Shown here piece by piece: positions 53,251 to 64,000 of a DNA stretch of 64,000 nt. Position numbers and translations under genes: made by a program. Source of the DNA: Heptranchias perlo. Lineage: Eukaryota. The notes under the pieces are model-generated. The model saw nothing but the letters and a program-made list of their open reading frames with translations. It was not told the DNA's origin and ran no database searches. Position 1 is the first letter of the stretch. Every line of letters begins with the position of its first letter. The stretch covers positions 5,208,001-5,272,000 of the forward strand of contig NC_090363.1 in the NCBI RefSeq assembly GCF_035084215.1, given 5' to 3'.

Positions 53251-53859
53251 CTACCTCCTCTTCGGGGCCCGTCGCTTACGTCCCACGGCCTTGGATACTG
53301 CGGGACGTTTGGCCGCTTTCCCCTTCCGGGGGCTCTTGACCGCCGGCAACTTTTTGGCGGCTTTTCGCTTCTTGGCGGGTTTGTGGGCAAGTTTGGCTTC
53401 CGCCGCCGCTCTCTTCTGGGCCGGTTTCTTGGCTCGTCGTTTCCTCTTGGCGCCTCCTTTGGTCCAGTCCTCGACCTCCTCCTCCTCCTCCTCCTTCTCT
53501 TGGTTCAGAAGAACGGAGGCCGAGGACGGACCGGGGCCGGCGCCGGATTCCACCGGGGAGCCCTTGTTGGGCAGGGCACTGGCCGACTGGTTGGGCCGAA
53601 CGCCGCTCTTCTCCACCTCGTAGCCGGAGGCCGAGATGATCTTCTTCACGGCGCCCAGTTTGGCAGCCTGGCGCTCCTTGGTGGCGGCCACCGCCTCCAG
53701 GATCTGCTCGGCCACCGCGGTGGCGCCTTTCTGCGGCCGGTAAGCGGCCTTCTTCTTGGCGGCTCCCGGGGGCACGGCCGGGGCAGCGGCGACGACAGCG
53801 GCAGCATCGGGAGGAGTGGGTGCGGAGACATCGGCTTTCGCAGGGACGATATCGGCCAT
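53251..53859 (-). CDS. H1-derived protein with a degenerate globular domain and poly-Glu linker, 202 aa (copy 2)
   Basis: Paralog of 21882-22481, including the TATA/GC-box promoter and 3' UTR. ATG at 53859. Confidence 0.85.
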   Translation of the reverse strand: MADIVPAKADVSAPTPPDAAAVVAAAPAVPPGAAKKKAAYRPQKGATAVAEQILEAVAATKERQAAKLGAVKKIISASGYEVEKSGVRPNQSASALPNKGSPVESGAGPGPSSASVLLNQEKEEEEEEVEDWTKGGAKRKRRAKKPAQKRAAAEAKLAHKPAKKRKAAKKLPAVKSPRKGKAAKRPAVSKAVGRKRRAPKRR

Positions 53860-54024
53860 TGAGCAAAGTCCAAGCTCATGGACGTCGCGCAAAGATGTGG
53901 CGGAGCCGCGGCGGCGACATTTTATATAAGGGCGAAAGGCGGACGAGGTAGAGTCAAGCTCCCGCTAGGCCACGCCCCCAGCCCTGGGTTATTTATTCTC
54001 TGTCTGTCTTCATTTCCAACAACG

Positions 54025-54063
54025 TTCACCTGAGGAAGGAGGAAGCCTCCGAAAGCTTGTGAA
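54025..54063 (+). ncRNA. Minimal hammerhead ribozyme motif in a Penelope LTR fragment (about 54020-54112)
   Basis: ttcac-CTGAGGA-A-ggagg(aag)cctcc-GAA-AGCT-T-gtgaa. Stem II covaries with the copy at 25983. Confidence 0.75.
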
Positions 54064-54439
54064 TTTAAAATAAAATTGCTGGACTATAACTTGGTGTTGT
54101 AAAATTGTTTACAAAACACAGCGCACACAACGCTACAGCGTAGCACCATATGTTGCTATAAAGAGCCATAAAGAATGCAAACAAATTACTGGGGTTCATT
54201 TCTAGAGAAACAGAATTTTAAAATGGCAGGCAGGACATGTTAAATTTTATCCGGGCACAGGCACGATGGGCCGAACGGCCTCCTTCTGTATTGTATCATT
54301 CTATGAAAATGAGGTCTGATTTGCTGCTCATCACTTATCCTGAAATTGTACAATGTCTCTCGTTTCAAAGGGCAAAAATTCCTGCTTTAGTATCAAACTA
54401 ATTATGATTCTTAATCAGCCCCTAAGTATAACGAAAAAA

Positions 54440-54655
54440 AATCAAAATACTGCAGGTGCTGGAAATCTGAAATTTAAAACGAAAAATAAATAAATGCTGA
54501 AAACACTCAACGGGTCAGGCAGCATCTGCGGGGAGAGAAACAGAGTTAAGGTTTCAGATCGATGACTGAGATCTGACCTGAGACGTTAACATCATGTTTC
54601 TCTCTCCACAGATGTTGCCTGACCTGCTAAGTGTTTCCAGCATTTTCTGATTTTG
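54440..54655. repeat. Inverted pair of short Penelope-LTR-like repeats
   Basis: GTCAGGCAGCATCTG..GAGAGAAAC is mirrored by GTTTCTCTCTCCACAGATGTTGCCTGAC. Confidence 0.65.
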
Positions 54656-55419
54656 AGCTAAATATAAGCTCGGTAACTCACTCAGCAATTGGTGTGGGTC
54701 TCGTAAACTAACCCACTGATTTAAAATGTCATTCATTTATTTGTTTTATATGTATTCCAGAAGTGTAACGGTAAGCGAATCATTGGCAGTCCATTTGCTG
54801 CAGAATGAAAGTGGCAATATATGTTTTCATTCCAATGTTCCAATTTTAAAGGCCTTGTAACTATTGGCACAATAACACAATTAACACGTAATAAAAGGTT
54901 GAATTTGCATATTGAAATCCGGACAGTTGATGACACAATATCAAGTGAAAAGGAAATACAGGGCTACTAGTTCCAGAATCACAATAAGGAAATGATAGGA
55001 GGTTTGGAATGGTAGGCAAGAGAAACCAATGGTATTCTTCGCTAAACATCACATTATAGTAGTGGCATCACGTCAGTTGGACAATAGGCAATATTCAATG
55101 CGCTTCACAAACCGCATTTGCAGTGTTTCTATCCAAATATGCATCGCTTTACAAAGTGATAGAATTCCTCTCCTCGTTATTTTTAACCTTTAAATACATC
55201 AAGGGTTACCCCAACCATGTCTACTTCTTGAGTGAGAAACTCCAGTTCTGATCTTTTTATATATTATTATAAACGATTAACAATCTGGATCAGAACGTTT
55301 CTACAATAGTGAAGTGCCTTAATGTTACTTAAATACATTATTTTTTCACCGGTCACAAGTATTCATAATGAACACTTCGAATTTATATGTAAACTAGCAG
55401 ATGCCCCGTGGCATTGCTC

Positions 55420-55890
55420 AGATTCTACAATTGCTGAACAGTATCCTTATCAAGATTATGAGCAACAGAGATCTCAGGAACATAAGAACATAAGAAATAG
55501 GAGCAGGAGTAGGTCATACGGTCCCTCGAATCAGATCATGGCTGATCTTTGACCTCAACTCCACTTTTCCGTCCTATCCCCATATCCTTTGATTCCACTA
55601 AAGTCCAAAAATCTATCAATCTCAGCCTTGAATATATTCAATGAATCAGCACCCTCAGCCCTCTGGGGTAGAAGATTCACAATCCTCTGCGTTAAGAAGT
55701 TCATCCTCATCTCAGTCTTGAATGGCCGTCCCCTTATCCTGCGACAATGCCCCCTAGTTCTAGACTCTCTAGCCAGAGGAAACAGTTTCTCAGCATCTAC
55801 CCTGACAAGCCCCCTCAGAATCTTCTATGTTTCAACGAGGTCACCTCTCATTCTTCTAAACTCCAGAGAGTATAGGTCCATTCTACTCAA
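55420..55890 (-). repeat. CR1 3' fragment plus flank, duplicated at 57321-57835
   Basis: About 60 bp of shared flank (AGATTCTACAATTGCTGAA..) precedes the GAACATAAGAAC tail in both copies. Confidence 0.75.
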
Positions 55891-57320
55891 TGAGTCAGGG
55901 GGGAACGTTTGTGTATTGCAGAGATGCCATCAAGGCCCTGATATACAGTGATTGAATGAGTCAAGGTGGAGAACTTGGAGTTAGATTGCTGCTATGTAGC
56001 GCTGCTTGGCAGAAGTAATGGAGCTTAGCTGCACGGTGTGCTCTTGCACTTTGACAGCACAGGTTTGGAGGTCCTGTGGTTTGATAGTGGAGCTGCTGGA
56101 ATTTGGCAGCTTGAGCATACTTTGCTATGACATTACTGTTAGGGGAGGAGCCTGTGGTTCAGTGAAATTGTGGAGGGGGAGCCTGGAATTTGGCTGAACT
56201 AGTGGGCAGAATGTGGGGCTCAGCTGAGTTGCCGGTGTCTGTCGGCAGTGAGGGGAGGAGGAATGCATGGGCCTGATATCAGGGTTGGAGTTGGGGATGA
56301 GGTAGTGGGATCCCAGTTCTAGTTGTACTGCTTTGTAACTTTATGAGGTCTCTGCAAACATTAAAATTGGTGTCTTTAAGATTGGGTCCCAGACATGTAT
56401 CCACAAATCTATCTCCCTCTATCCGCCTCTCTTTTTCTCTGCCAACATCCCTGTCCCTCTCTATGATGCATAGGTGTCAGTAATTAGAAGGTTTAAATTT
56501 TCTTACTATCGATAAACATAGGTGATAATCAAAAATAATTAGAGGCTTTGTTTGTTTTTGAAATGCAATTCATATTTTTAAAACTCAAATTAAGATGAGG
56601 AAGGACTCTCTCTTAGCTTAATGTGCTGCTTGAATTTGAACACCAACTAAACCTGCAACAAGTGTGGCATCAGTTTAGTCTGACATACTCTCCTTCTATC
56701 TCTCTCTTTCTATCTTTCTTGCTCACCCACACACACTCTATAAAATCATTATAAATTGTATGCATATAAAGCTTTTGAAACTTTTCCTCTAGCTTTTCTT
56801 CAAATCGTTTTGAAAAGCAACCAAATAGATTTAGTTGGAAACTGCGAAGGAAGTATTCTTTCATTTAACTAGTTTAAATGCTATTGATGCATCTTGGAAG
56901 ACTGTGCACATGGTTCATCCTCAGACTGCAAGGTCTTCCTTTGGTTAACAGTCACCAACCTGAATAAAGATATCAATTCCAGGCCAAGCTTTCGGGACAA
57001 GCTAAGGCTTTGAAATACATACTTTAAGGTATTAAAAGACACAAACAAAGCAGTGGATAAATCTAATCTTGGTATTGTGAGGTTTGTGAGCCTTATCTTT
57101 TTTTAACCATTTGGTTCAAAACCTTATTTTGGATGTGAAAAAAAACTAGTGGATTTTTTTTCCTCAAAAAGGTAGGCAGATGGAGTTAAGATCTAATTGA
57201 ATGGTGGAACAGGCACGAGGAGCTAAATGGTCTCCTCCTGTTCCTAAAAGCCCTTTGAGTGATTCGAATGGTTCACCAACAAACCATGACAGTGAGATTT
57301 AGAGATTCAGTGAGATTTAG

Positions 57321-57835
57321 AGATTCTACAATTGCTGAATAATATCCTTATCAAGATTGTGAGCAACAGAGACCTCAGGAACATAAGAACAAAAGAAATA
57401 AGAGCAGGAGTAGGCCATACCTCCGCTCGAGCCTGCTCCGTCATTCAATAAGATCATGGCTGATCTTTTACCTCAACTCCACTTTTCCGTCCTATCCCCG
57501 GAGCCCTTGATTCCTTTAGTATCCAAAAATCTCAGTTTTGAATATACTCAATGAATGAGCATCCTCAGCCCTCTGGGCTAGAGAATTCCAAGGATTCATA
57601 AACCTCTGAGTGAAGAATTCTTTCCTCATCTCAATCCTAAATGGCCGATCCCTTATCCTGAGTCTATGACCCCTAGTTCTGCCTCTCAGCATCTACCCTG
57701 TCAACCCCTCTAAGAATTTTATACGTTTCAATGAGATCACCTCTCATTCGTCTAAATTCCAGAGAATATAGGCCCATTCCACTCAATCTCTGCTCATAGG
57801 ACAACCCTCTCATCCCAGGAATCAATCTAGTGAAC
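57321..57835 (-). repeat. Second copy of the CR1 fragment plus flank
   Basis: Same flank and junction as 55420-55890. Confidence 0.75.
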
Positions 57836-59309
57836 ATAACGATTCTCCACTGGCCACATCTGTCCATTAGAATTGGTGCCATCAATCCTTTCCTAATCTC
57901 AACAGGAGCATTCCACTTAAACAAACACCTCCAATTTTATAATCGCCTGAATTTGTATGTATTTTATCTCCTACCCCCTCCCCGCCATTGTATTTAAGTC
58001 ACTATTGTTACTATAACTGATAGTACTAATAAGCTCATTGAAAGATTTAAAGCTTTTAATGCTGTAAGTGAATATAAGCATTTTCAATTTTTAAGAACAT
58101 AAGTTGAAAACTTTTGCATTTGGTTTCGTTAAAATTCTATGCTCGAAGGAAAGATAAATTAAATTTGATCGAAAAAAAAGTTTAATTCTTTAAAATGAGC
58201 AATTTGTGACGTTGACTAAAGCACATCGATTGGTATCGGATAGTAAATGGACCGGGGAAATTTCTGTAAAATTGAGCCAGCCAAATGATCAAAAAACATG
58301 AATTTTGTTATAAAATCTTTGTCCCTCACCCAAATACTCATGCACAAGAATGCAAGATTCAGCAGCCGGATTTTTCTTGAAATCTGCCCTGGAACTTAAT
58401 CCAAGACGATACCAAAATACTCCTTGGAAATCCTAAACCATCAAGACAACGTAGTTTAGCTCTGGGTTAAAGCGCCTCAGTCTTCATAGCACCGAATGTG
58501 ATGAGATCATCTAAAAAGTGGAACATTAGAGGTTCAACCGTAATTAACTTGAAACGGTCTCAGAATACCACAGCCATTCTTACATTTTACACACAGTCAG
58601 GCAGAAAAAAATAACACTTACTTGTTACTTCTCCATACATCGGCAGGCAGGTGTCTAAGGGAATAGTGAATAGTATAATCGACGTTTTAAACCTGTCGGA
58701 TGCCAATCATATATCAATAAGAGTCCCTAACTACACACTTACGACGAAATTACATATTCTGCAAATATTGTCATTGTGATCTAACCCTTTCTTGCTCGTA
58801 GAAACTATTCATTAGCAGGTAAACGCAAAATACTTGTACGGGTCATTTTCGGATGCAAAGGATTAACTCGATGGAAGTGGAGATAACGAAAAAGACCTCA
58901 TCACATAACTGGTCTCCGCTTCCTAAATTTGCAACATTTAGAATACCCCTGGAAGATGTGGCCTTATGATTTATTATTCTACACGTCCAGAGATTTTGTA
59001 ATGTAACAAAGTCTTGTTAAAACTGTTCGTTGTATTCTGCAACTGTCCAATTAAGTAACCTTTGGTTATAATTACGCTTCTTGTTTCTTTCCAAAGAAAA
59101 TCACTTACAAACACTGTAGGATTAATATGACTACGAATGGAATTGGTACTTTATGAGACGCAGTTAGAAAACAAAACCCAAGTTGGCCTGGAGACACCAG
59201 AAAAATGTTTAGTGTCCACCGTTGGACATGCGAGTTGTATAATGGAAACTGATACTTCCCTGTTCCAAAGTTGTATTTATGTGAGTCAGGCTGATTTTAA
59301 TCTCCATTA

Positions 59310-60210
59310 CAGTGTGAGAGGTGAGATGAGATTTCTTTTTACACAATGTGTTACTATGATCTGGAATGCACAGCCTGAAAGGGTGGTGGAAGCAGATTCA
59401 GTAGTAACTTTCAAAAGGGATTTGGATAAATACTTAAAGGGGAGGCAATTTGCATGGCTATATAGATAGAGCAGGGGAGTGGGATTAGTTAGATAGCTCT
59501 TTCAGAGAGCTAACACAGGCAAGATGGGTCGAATGGCCTCCTTCTGTGCTGCAAGATTTTATAGTTCTATTTTCGACCTGATGAACATTGCAGGCAGCAA
59601 AGACGCCAAAACATAAACCGGGCTAGTCTATAACAAGGTAAAAAATCGTTCAGCCTAGCTGAAATTCTCCTGATGTCTGGAAGCATTGATTCCCTTTCAG
59701 ATGTACCAGTGAAGGCGTTTTCAGCGCATTCCGAGCACAGTTCGGGTTTAGCTGTAATATTCTGACCAGTTTCTTCCTGACACAATTGCTATTTTTCGAT
59801 CTTCTGCAGATGAAAGCATCAATTTGAGGCAATGACTAGTACAGAAGGGATTGTTTAGTCGATTAAGGCATGATCAGCTGTTTAGAATGATTAAAGGAAT
59901 TGAAAGGGTAGAGAGAGAGAAGCCATTTCGGCTGGTGGGGGGAGTCCAGAACAAGGGGGCATAACCTTAAAATTAGAGCTAGGCCGTTCAGGGGTGATGT
60001 CAGGAAGCACTTCTTCACACAAAGGGCAGTGGAAATCTGGAACTCTCTTCCCCCAAAAAGCTGTCGAGCCTGGGGGTCAACTGAAAATTTCAAAACTGAA
60101 TTTGATAGATTTTTGTTAGGTAAGGGACTTAAGGCGGGTAGATGGAGTTAAGATATAGATCAGCTATCATCTAATTGAATGGGGCTGAATGGCCTGCTCC
60201 TGTTCCTAAT
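59310..60210 (+). mobile_element. Two CR1 3' fragments (about 59310-59570 and 59880-60210)
   Basis: FTQCVTMIWNAQPERVVEAD peptide and GGCTGAATGGCC motif. Confidence 0.78.
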
Positions 60211-60419
60211 AAGAAAGAGAAAGCTGAAGGGCTAGACCACTCCACTATCGCGGTGGTTTGCTAAGGCTCCAGCTGTCAAATCGAGAACCCCACTGGAGCT
60301 GAGCTGAGTGAACTGCACCCCGCAAGAAAGGTTGGTCTGCGTGTTTTGGAAAAGAAAGACCTCGGTGATTTCAGGAGTGGTGTGAATCCAGGGGCATTTC
60401 AGATAAATCAGAAACACTA

Positions 60420-60578
60420 AAGCAAAAGCACAATATTGCGGATGCTGGAAAAACTGAAGTTTAAAAAAAAAACAGAAAATGCTGGAAAGCACCCAGCAGG
60501 TCAGGGCAGCATCTGTGGGGAAAAAAAGAGAAAATAAAAGAGTTAATGTTTTCAGGTCGATGAGATTTCATCAGAACT
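60420..60578 (-). repeat. Short Penelope-LTR-like repeat with a degenerate hammerhead
   Basis: Minus strand AGTT-CTGATGA..GACCT-GAAA..TTAACT. Confidence 0.6.
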
Positions 60579-60705
60579 CAATCCATTGTTGCTCTGGTTT
60601 GGAGGAGAGGGAACCTGGCGGACTTCACCCTGCACCGTCCACCTTGCGCCTTTAAATAGCGTTCCCCGGCGGCAATCTCGCCCACTTCCCCGGCGCTTGC
60701 GGGGG

Positions 60706-61140
60706 ATGAACGTGCGGGGGAAGGTTGTCCGGACGGCCAATACTGTCCATGGGAAAGGTGCCAGGGACACGTCGGCCGGGTCGGATCAGCCCCCGGCCCG
60801 CCCGCCCGCGGCAAGCGGCATCCAGCCGCTGTCCGCAAGGCGCGCTCGGCCGGCGGCTACGACGCGGACAAGAACAGCGCCCGCGTCCGGCAGGCGCTCA
60901 ACCACATGGCCCCCAGCGGGCGGTGGCGTCGCCGTCTCGGCCCCGCGCCCTTCCGTCGCCCCCAACAGCCGGAGCGAGGCGGAGGCGGCGGTGGGGGACC
61001 AGGAGATGTCGACCCGCAGTCCGAGAGCGAAGGCCCGGAAGCCGAGTAAAAAGACCCGGAGAAAAAAAACTAGTGAGGCAGAAGAGAAGGGCGTCAGGCG
61101 TCCTGTCAAAACCAAGAGAAAATCGCCCAGGAAGAGATAA
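60706..61140 (+). CDS. H1-derived 144-aa basic ORF whose globular domain is out of frame (frameshifted gene or pseudogene)
   Basis: TTTAAATA at 60651, ATG at 60706, K/R tail ending KSPRKR*, perfect stem-loop at 61175-61190. An alternative frame from 60825 reads AAVRKARSAGGYDADKNSARVRQAL. Confidence 0.6.
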   Translation: MNVRGKVVRTANTVHGKGARDTSAGSDQPPARPPAASGIQPLSARRARPAATTRTRTAPASGRRSTTWPPAGGGVAVSAPRPSVAPNSRSEAEAAVGDQEMSTRSPRAKARKPSKKTRRKKTSEAEEKGVRRPVKTKRKSPRKR

Positions 61141-61174
61141 AATAAAAACAAATCCTGAAGAAACAAAATTCAAT

Positions 61175-61190
61175 GGCTCTTTTCAGAGCC
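61175..61190 (+). terminator. Histone 3' stem-loop
   Basis: GGCTCTTTTCAGAGCC. Confidence 0.93.
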
Positions 61191-61299
61191 ATCACATATT
61201 TAAAGTAAGAACTACATTAACCTATCACGTAAAACGGTTGAGATAAGTGGAAATACTCAAAAAAAATGTTAGATAATAGCAAAATATTCCTTAAAAGAA

Positions 61300-61710
61300 A
61301 ACTTGCATTTATTATAGCGCCTTTCACGACCGGTGGACGTTCCTAAGTGCTTTACAGCCAATTAAGTATTTCTGAAGTGTAGTCACTTGTAATGTAGAAA
61401 ACGCAATAGCCAATTTGCGCACAGCAAGATCCCACAAAGTGCAATGTGATAAACAGATTTGCAAAATCTGTATTTTTAGTGGTGTTGGTTGAGGGATAAA
61501 TATTAGCCAGGACATCAGGGAAAACTCCCCTGCTCTTAGAAATAGTGCAGTGGGATCTTTTATATCTGCCTAAAAACTGGTTTAACGTCTCGTTTAAAAG
61601 ATGGCACCTCCTAAAGGTGTCAGCCTGGATTATGTGCTGAAGTCTCTGGATTGGGACTTGAACCTACAACCTTCCGACTCAGGCAAGCTTGCTACCACTG
61701 AGTTAAGGCT
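61300..61710 (-). mobile_element. tRNA-derived SINE (Deu/SacSINE1-like)
   Basis: Homologous to 45270-45680, with an L2-like tail. Confidence 0.75.
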
Positions 61711-62084
61711 GAGATGCTGAAGGGTGAAAAATTGGGCTCCTTATAAGCACCGATTTCCATTGAAAGGGTGGAATTAATTCTTAAATGTACTTCCTGAGCT
61801 TGCAGGTTTTGGATAGTACGGATACATTTTGCAATTGTTTCCAGATAAGTTCAAACTAGCGACTGAAGAACCATATTCGTTAGAGACTTATGGCATGTGG
61901 AATTTTTTTTAAGAGTTTTCAAATGGATTTTATTACATGGCTCAACTGATTTTACACTTGAAGACTCCCCAAAGAATGCTTGAAACATGTGGCGAGCATA
62001 GAGGAGAAGCCTAAAGATAACGTAAGTCATTTGCTTGACCATGAAGACTTATAGTCTATAAATCAGGCTCTTCATTTGTTATAA

Positions 62085-62175
62085 AAATAGAAAATGCTGG
62101 AAACACTCAGCAGGTCAGGCAGCATCTGTAGGGAGAGAAAGGATCGTTTCAGGTCGATGACCTTTCATCAGAACT
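62085..62175 (-). repeat. Short Penelope-LTR-like repeat with a hammerhead core
   Basis: Minus strand AGTT-CTGATGA-A-aggtc(atc)gacct-GAAACG. Confidence 0.65.
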
Positions 62176-62539
62176 CACTCTTCATTTGTTATTCTCTGTG
62201 TAACTGAAGACTGGAGATACAATGAAACTATCAGTGAAATTAGTATTGCCATGGTTTAATGTTAAGAGGGCCAAGTGTGCAGACACATGCATTGACCCAG
62301 CTTAAATGCTGCAAACAGTGAATTCCTGTGCACCTTAGGTGGCAATTCAGAAATAGTTAAATTAATTTTCACCCAGGTTACTGGCTGTGTTGGACAGAAT
62401 TGATGTGCATGTGATGCAGTTACTGCCAAAAGTGTGCAACCTGTAGTGGCTTTAACCTCCCGTCCTGAAATCAACCATTGGTTACCATGTGGGAAGAGTG
62501 GTAACATAACTTTCACAGCGGGCAGTGACTTAATCGGAA

Positions 62540-63125
62540 GAACATAAGAGCATAAAAAAACAGGAGCAGGATTAGGCCAGACGGCCCCTCGCCATTCAGT
62601 AAGATCATGGCTGATCTTCAACCTCAACTCCACTTTTCCACCCAATCCTCATATCTCTTGATACCCCTAGAGTCCAAAAATCAATCTCTCTCAGCCTTGA
62701 ATATACTCAATGACTCAGCATCCACAGCTGTTTGGGGTAGAGAATTCCAAAGACTCATAACCCTCTGAGTGAAGGAATTCCTCCTCATTTCAGTCCTAAA
62801 TGGCCGACCCCTTATCCTGAGACTATGCCCCCTAGTTCTAGATTCTCCAGCCAGGGGAAACAATCTCTCAGCATCTACCCTGTCAAGCCCCCTTAGAATC
62901 TTATGTTTCCATGAGATCACGTCTCATTCTTCTAAAATCCAGAGAATATGGGCCTAGTTTACTCAATTTCTCATCATAGGACAACCCTCTCATCCCAGGA
63001 ATTAATCTAGTGAACCTTTGCTGGACCATCTCAAGGCAAGTATATCCTTCCTTAGATAAGGAGACCAAAACTCTACACAGTACTCCAGATGTGGTCTCAC
63101 CAAGACCCTGTACAATTGTAGTAAG
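62540..63125 (-). mobile_element. CR1 3' fragment
   Basis: GLDRVDAERLFPLAGESRTRGHSLRI..FTQRVMSLWNSLP. Confidence 0.88.
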
Positions 63126-63802
63126 ACTTGCAGCAGCTGGAGTGTTTGTCATTTTGGATGCGAAGACATGGGTTGCTCCATACATTGCACTCAGACCAGG
63201 ACATTCATCTCCTTCAGGGAGTTTGCCTGCATATTAGCGCAAGATGTCGTCTTCGAGAGGTTTAACCAGACCCTGACTCCCAATCCTATATGTTGGGTTT
63301 AACTTCCCTGCTTTCTGAATGATTTGGTTTGAACTTTCCAGTGATTTTCCTCCATTCATATTAATGGACGGAAGAGAGATGAGGCTAGAAATTTATCTTT
63401 GGCCGTAGTGCACAACAGGCGGAATATCAGTGGCTGCCTGCAATACGCCCCGCCCAATATTCAGCAGTTGGGCAATTTCAACCTAACTCTTTGGTCGGGA
63501 AACTGATAGTAAAATCGGGTGCCAGTGTTGCACCCGATCCTCTCATTGAAGTCAATGGAGAGTAATATTGCGAGGGGTGTAAAACCAGCGTTCCATCCGT
63601 GGATATTCCGCCCGGCGAACTAGGTTAAAATTACCCTCTCACCTGTCAGGTAAAGATAGTTGGCAAGACGTGACCGCCACCACTACACCGGCAGCTATAG
63701 ATGAGAGCTTACTGCTAAATGTGGACCCGTATTGATGCCACCAAAGGGTGCGTCCGTGGACACCATTCTAAACATCCCATACATCCCAGATCGAAGCCTA
63801 TA

Positions 63803-63878
63803 TATTAATTGGAAGATTTCTTATGTATTAATTGGAAGATTTCTTCCAATTAATACATAAGATTTCTTCCAATTAATA
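63803..63878. repeat. 76-bp near-perfect AT-rich palindrome
   Basis: 37-bp arms with 2 mismatches around a TT loop. Confidence 0.85.
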
Positions 63879-64000
63879 GCTGCCATTTGTTGTTACAAAG
63901 GAAAGAACTTATATCAATTACGAAAAACGTCAATGGAGTTGTTATTGAAAAGTATTTAAAACGAAATTAAACGTTAGACATGTTGAGAACACCCAGTATT

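Noticed and set aside
53146-53866. Long antisense and alternative-frame ORFs over the H1-like genes (also at 8916-9393, 16956-17906, 21975-22538)
   Set aside because: Such ORFs are expected from stop-poor GC-rich coding sequence and have no independent signals.

Overview
This is eukaryotic, vertebrate DNA. It is most likely from a cartilaginous fish (shark), inferred from the repeat complement of CR1, L2, Penelope and Deu/SacSINE1-like SINEs. The window is a dispersed cluster of intronless, replication-dependent-type histone genes: each has a TATA-type promoter and ends in the 16-nt histone 3' stem-loop, and the genes sit among retroelements. No gene looks fully canonical. There are seven histone-H1-derived genes, ranging from Arg-rich protamine-like (PL-type) proteins with an intact winged helix, through a duplicated pair with a degenerate globular domain and a poly-Glu insert, to one whose globular domain is read out of frame. 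There is also a set of variant core histones: a long Ser/Thr-tailed H2B, two H2A genes ending [11 protein letters not shown]3 with Q125H, H4 with T54V/A69S, and a LINE-disrupted H4 pseudogene. The best hypothesis (inference) is a germline/spermiogenesis chromatin cluster that captures stages of the H1-to-protamine-like transition. Secondary findings are minimal hammerhead ribozymes in Penelope-type repeats, an ORF1-less LINE with a tRNA-like head, Tx1 3' ends beside histone promoters, an orphan histone-type promoter, and N-runs in both H2A genes that are masking rather than real gaps. Repeat boundaries are approximate and were read by eye.
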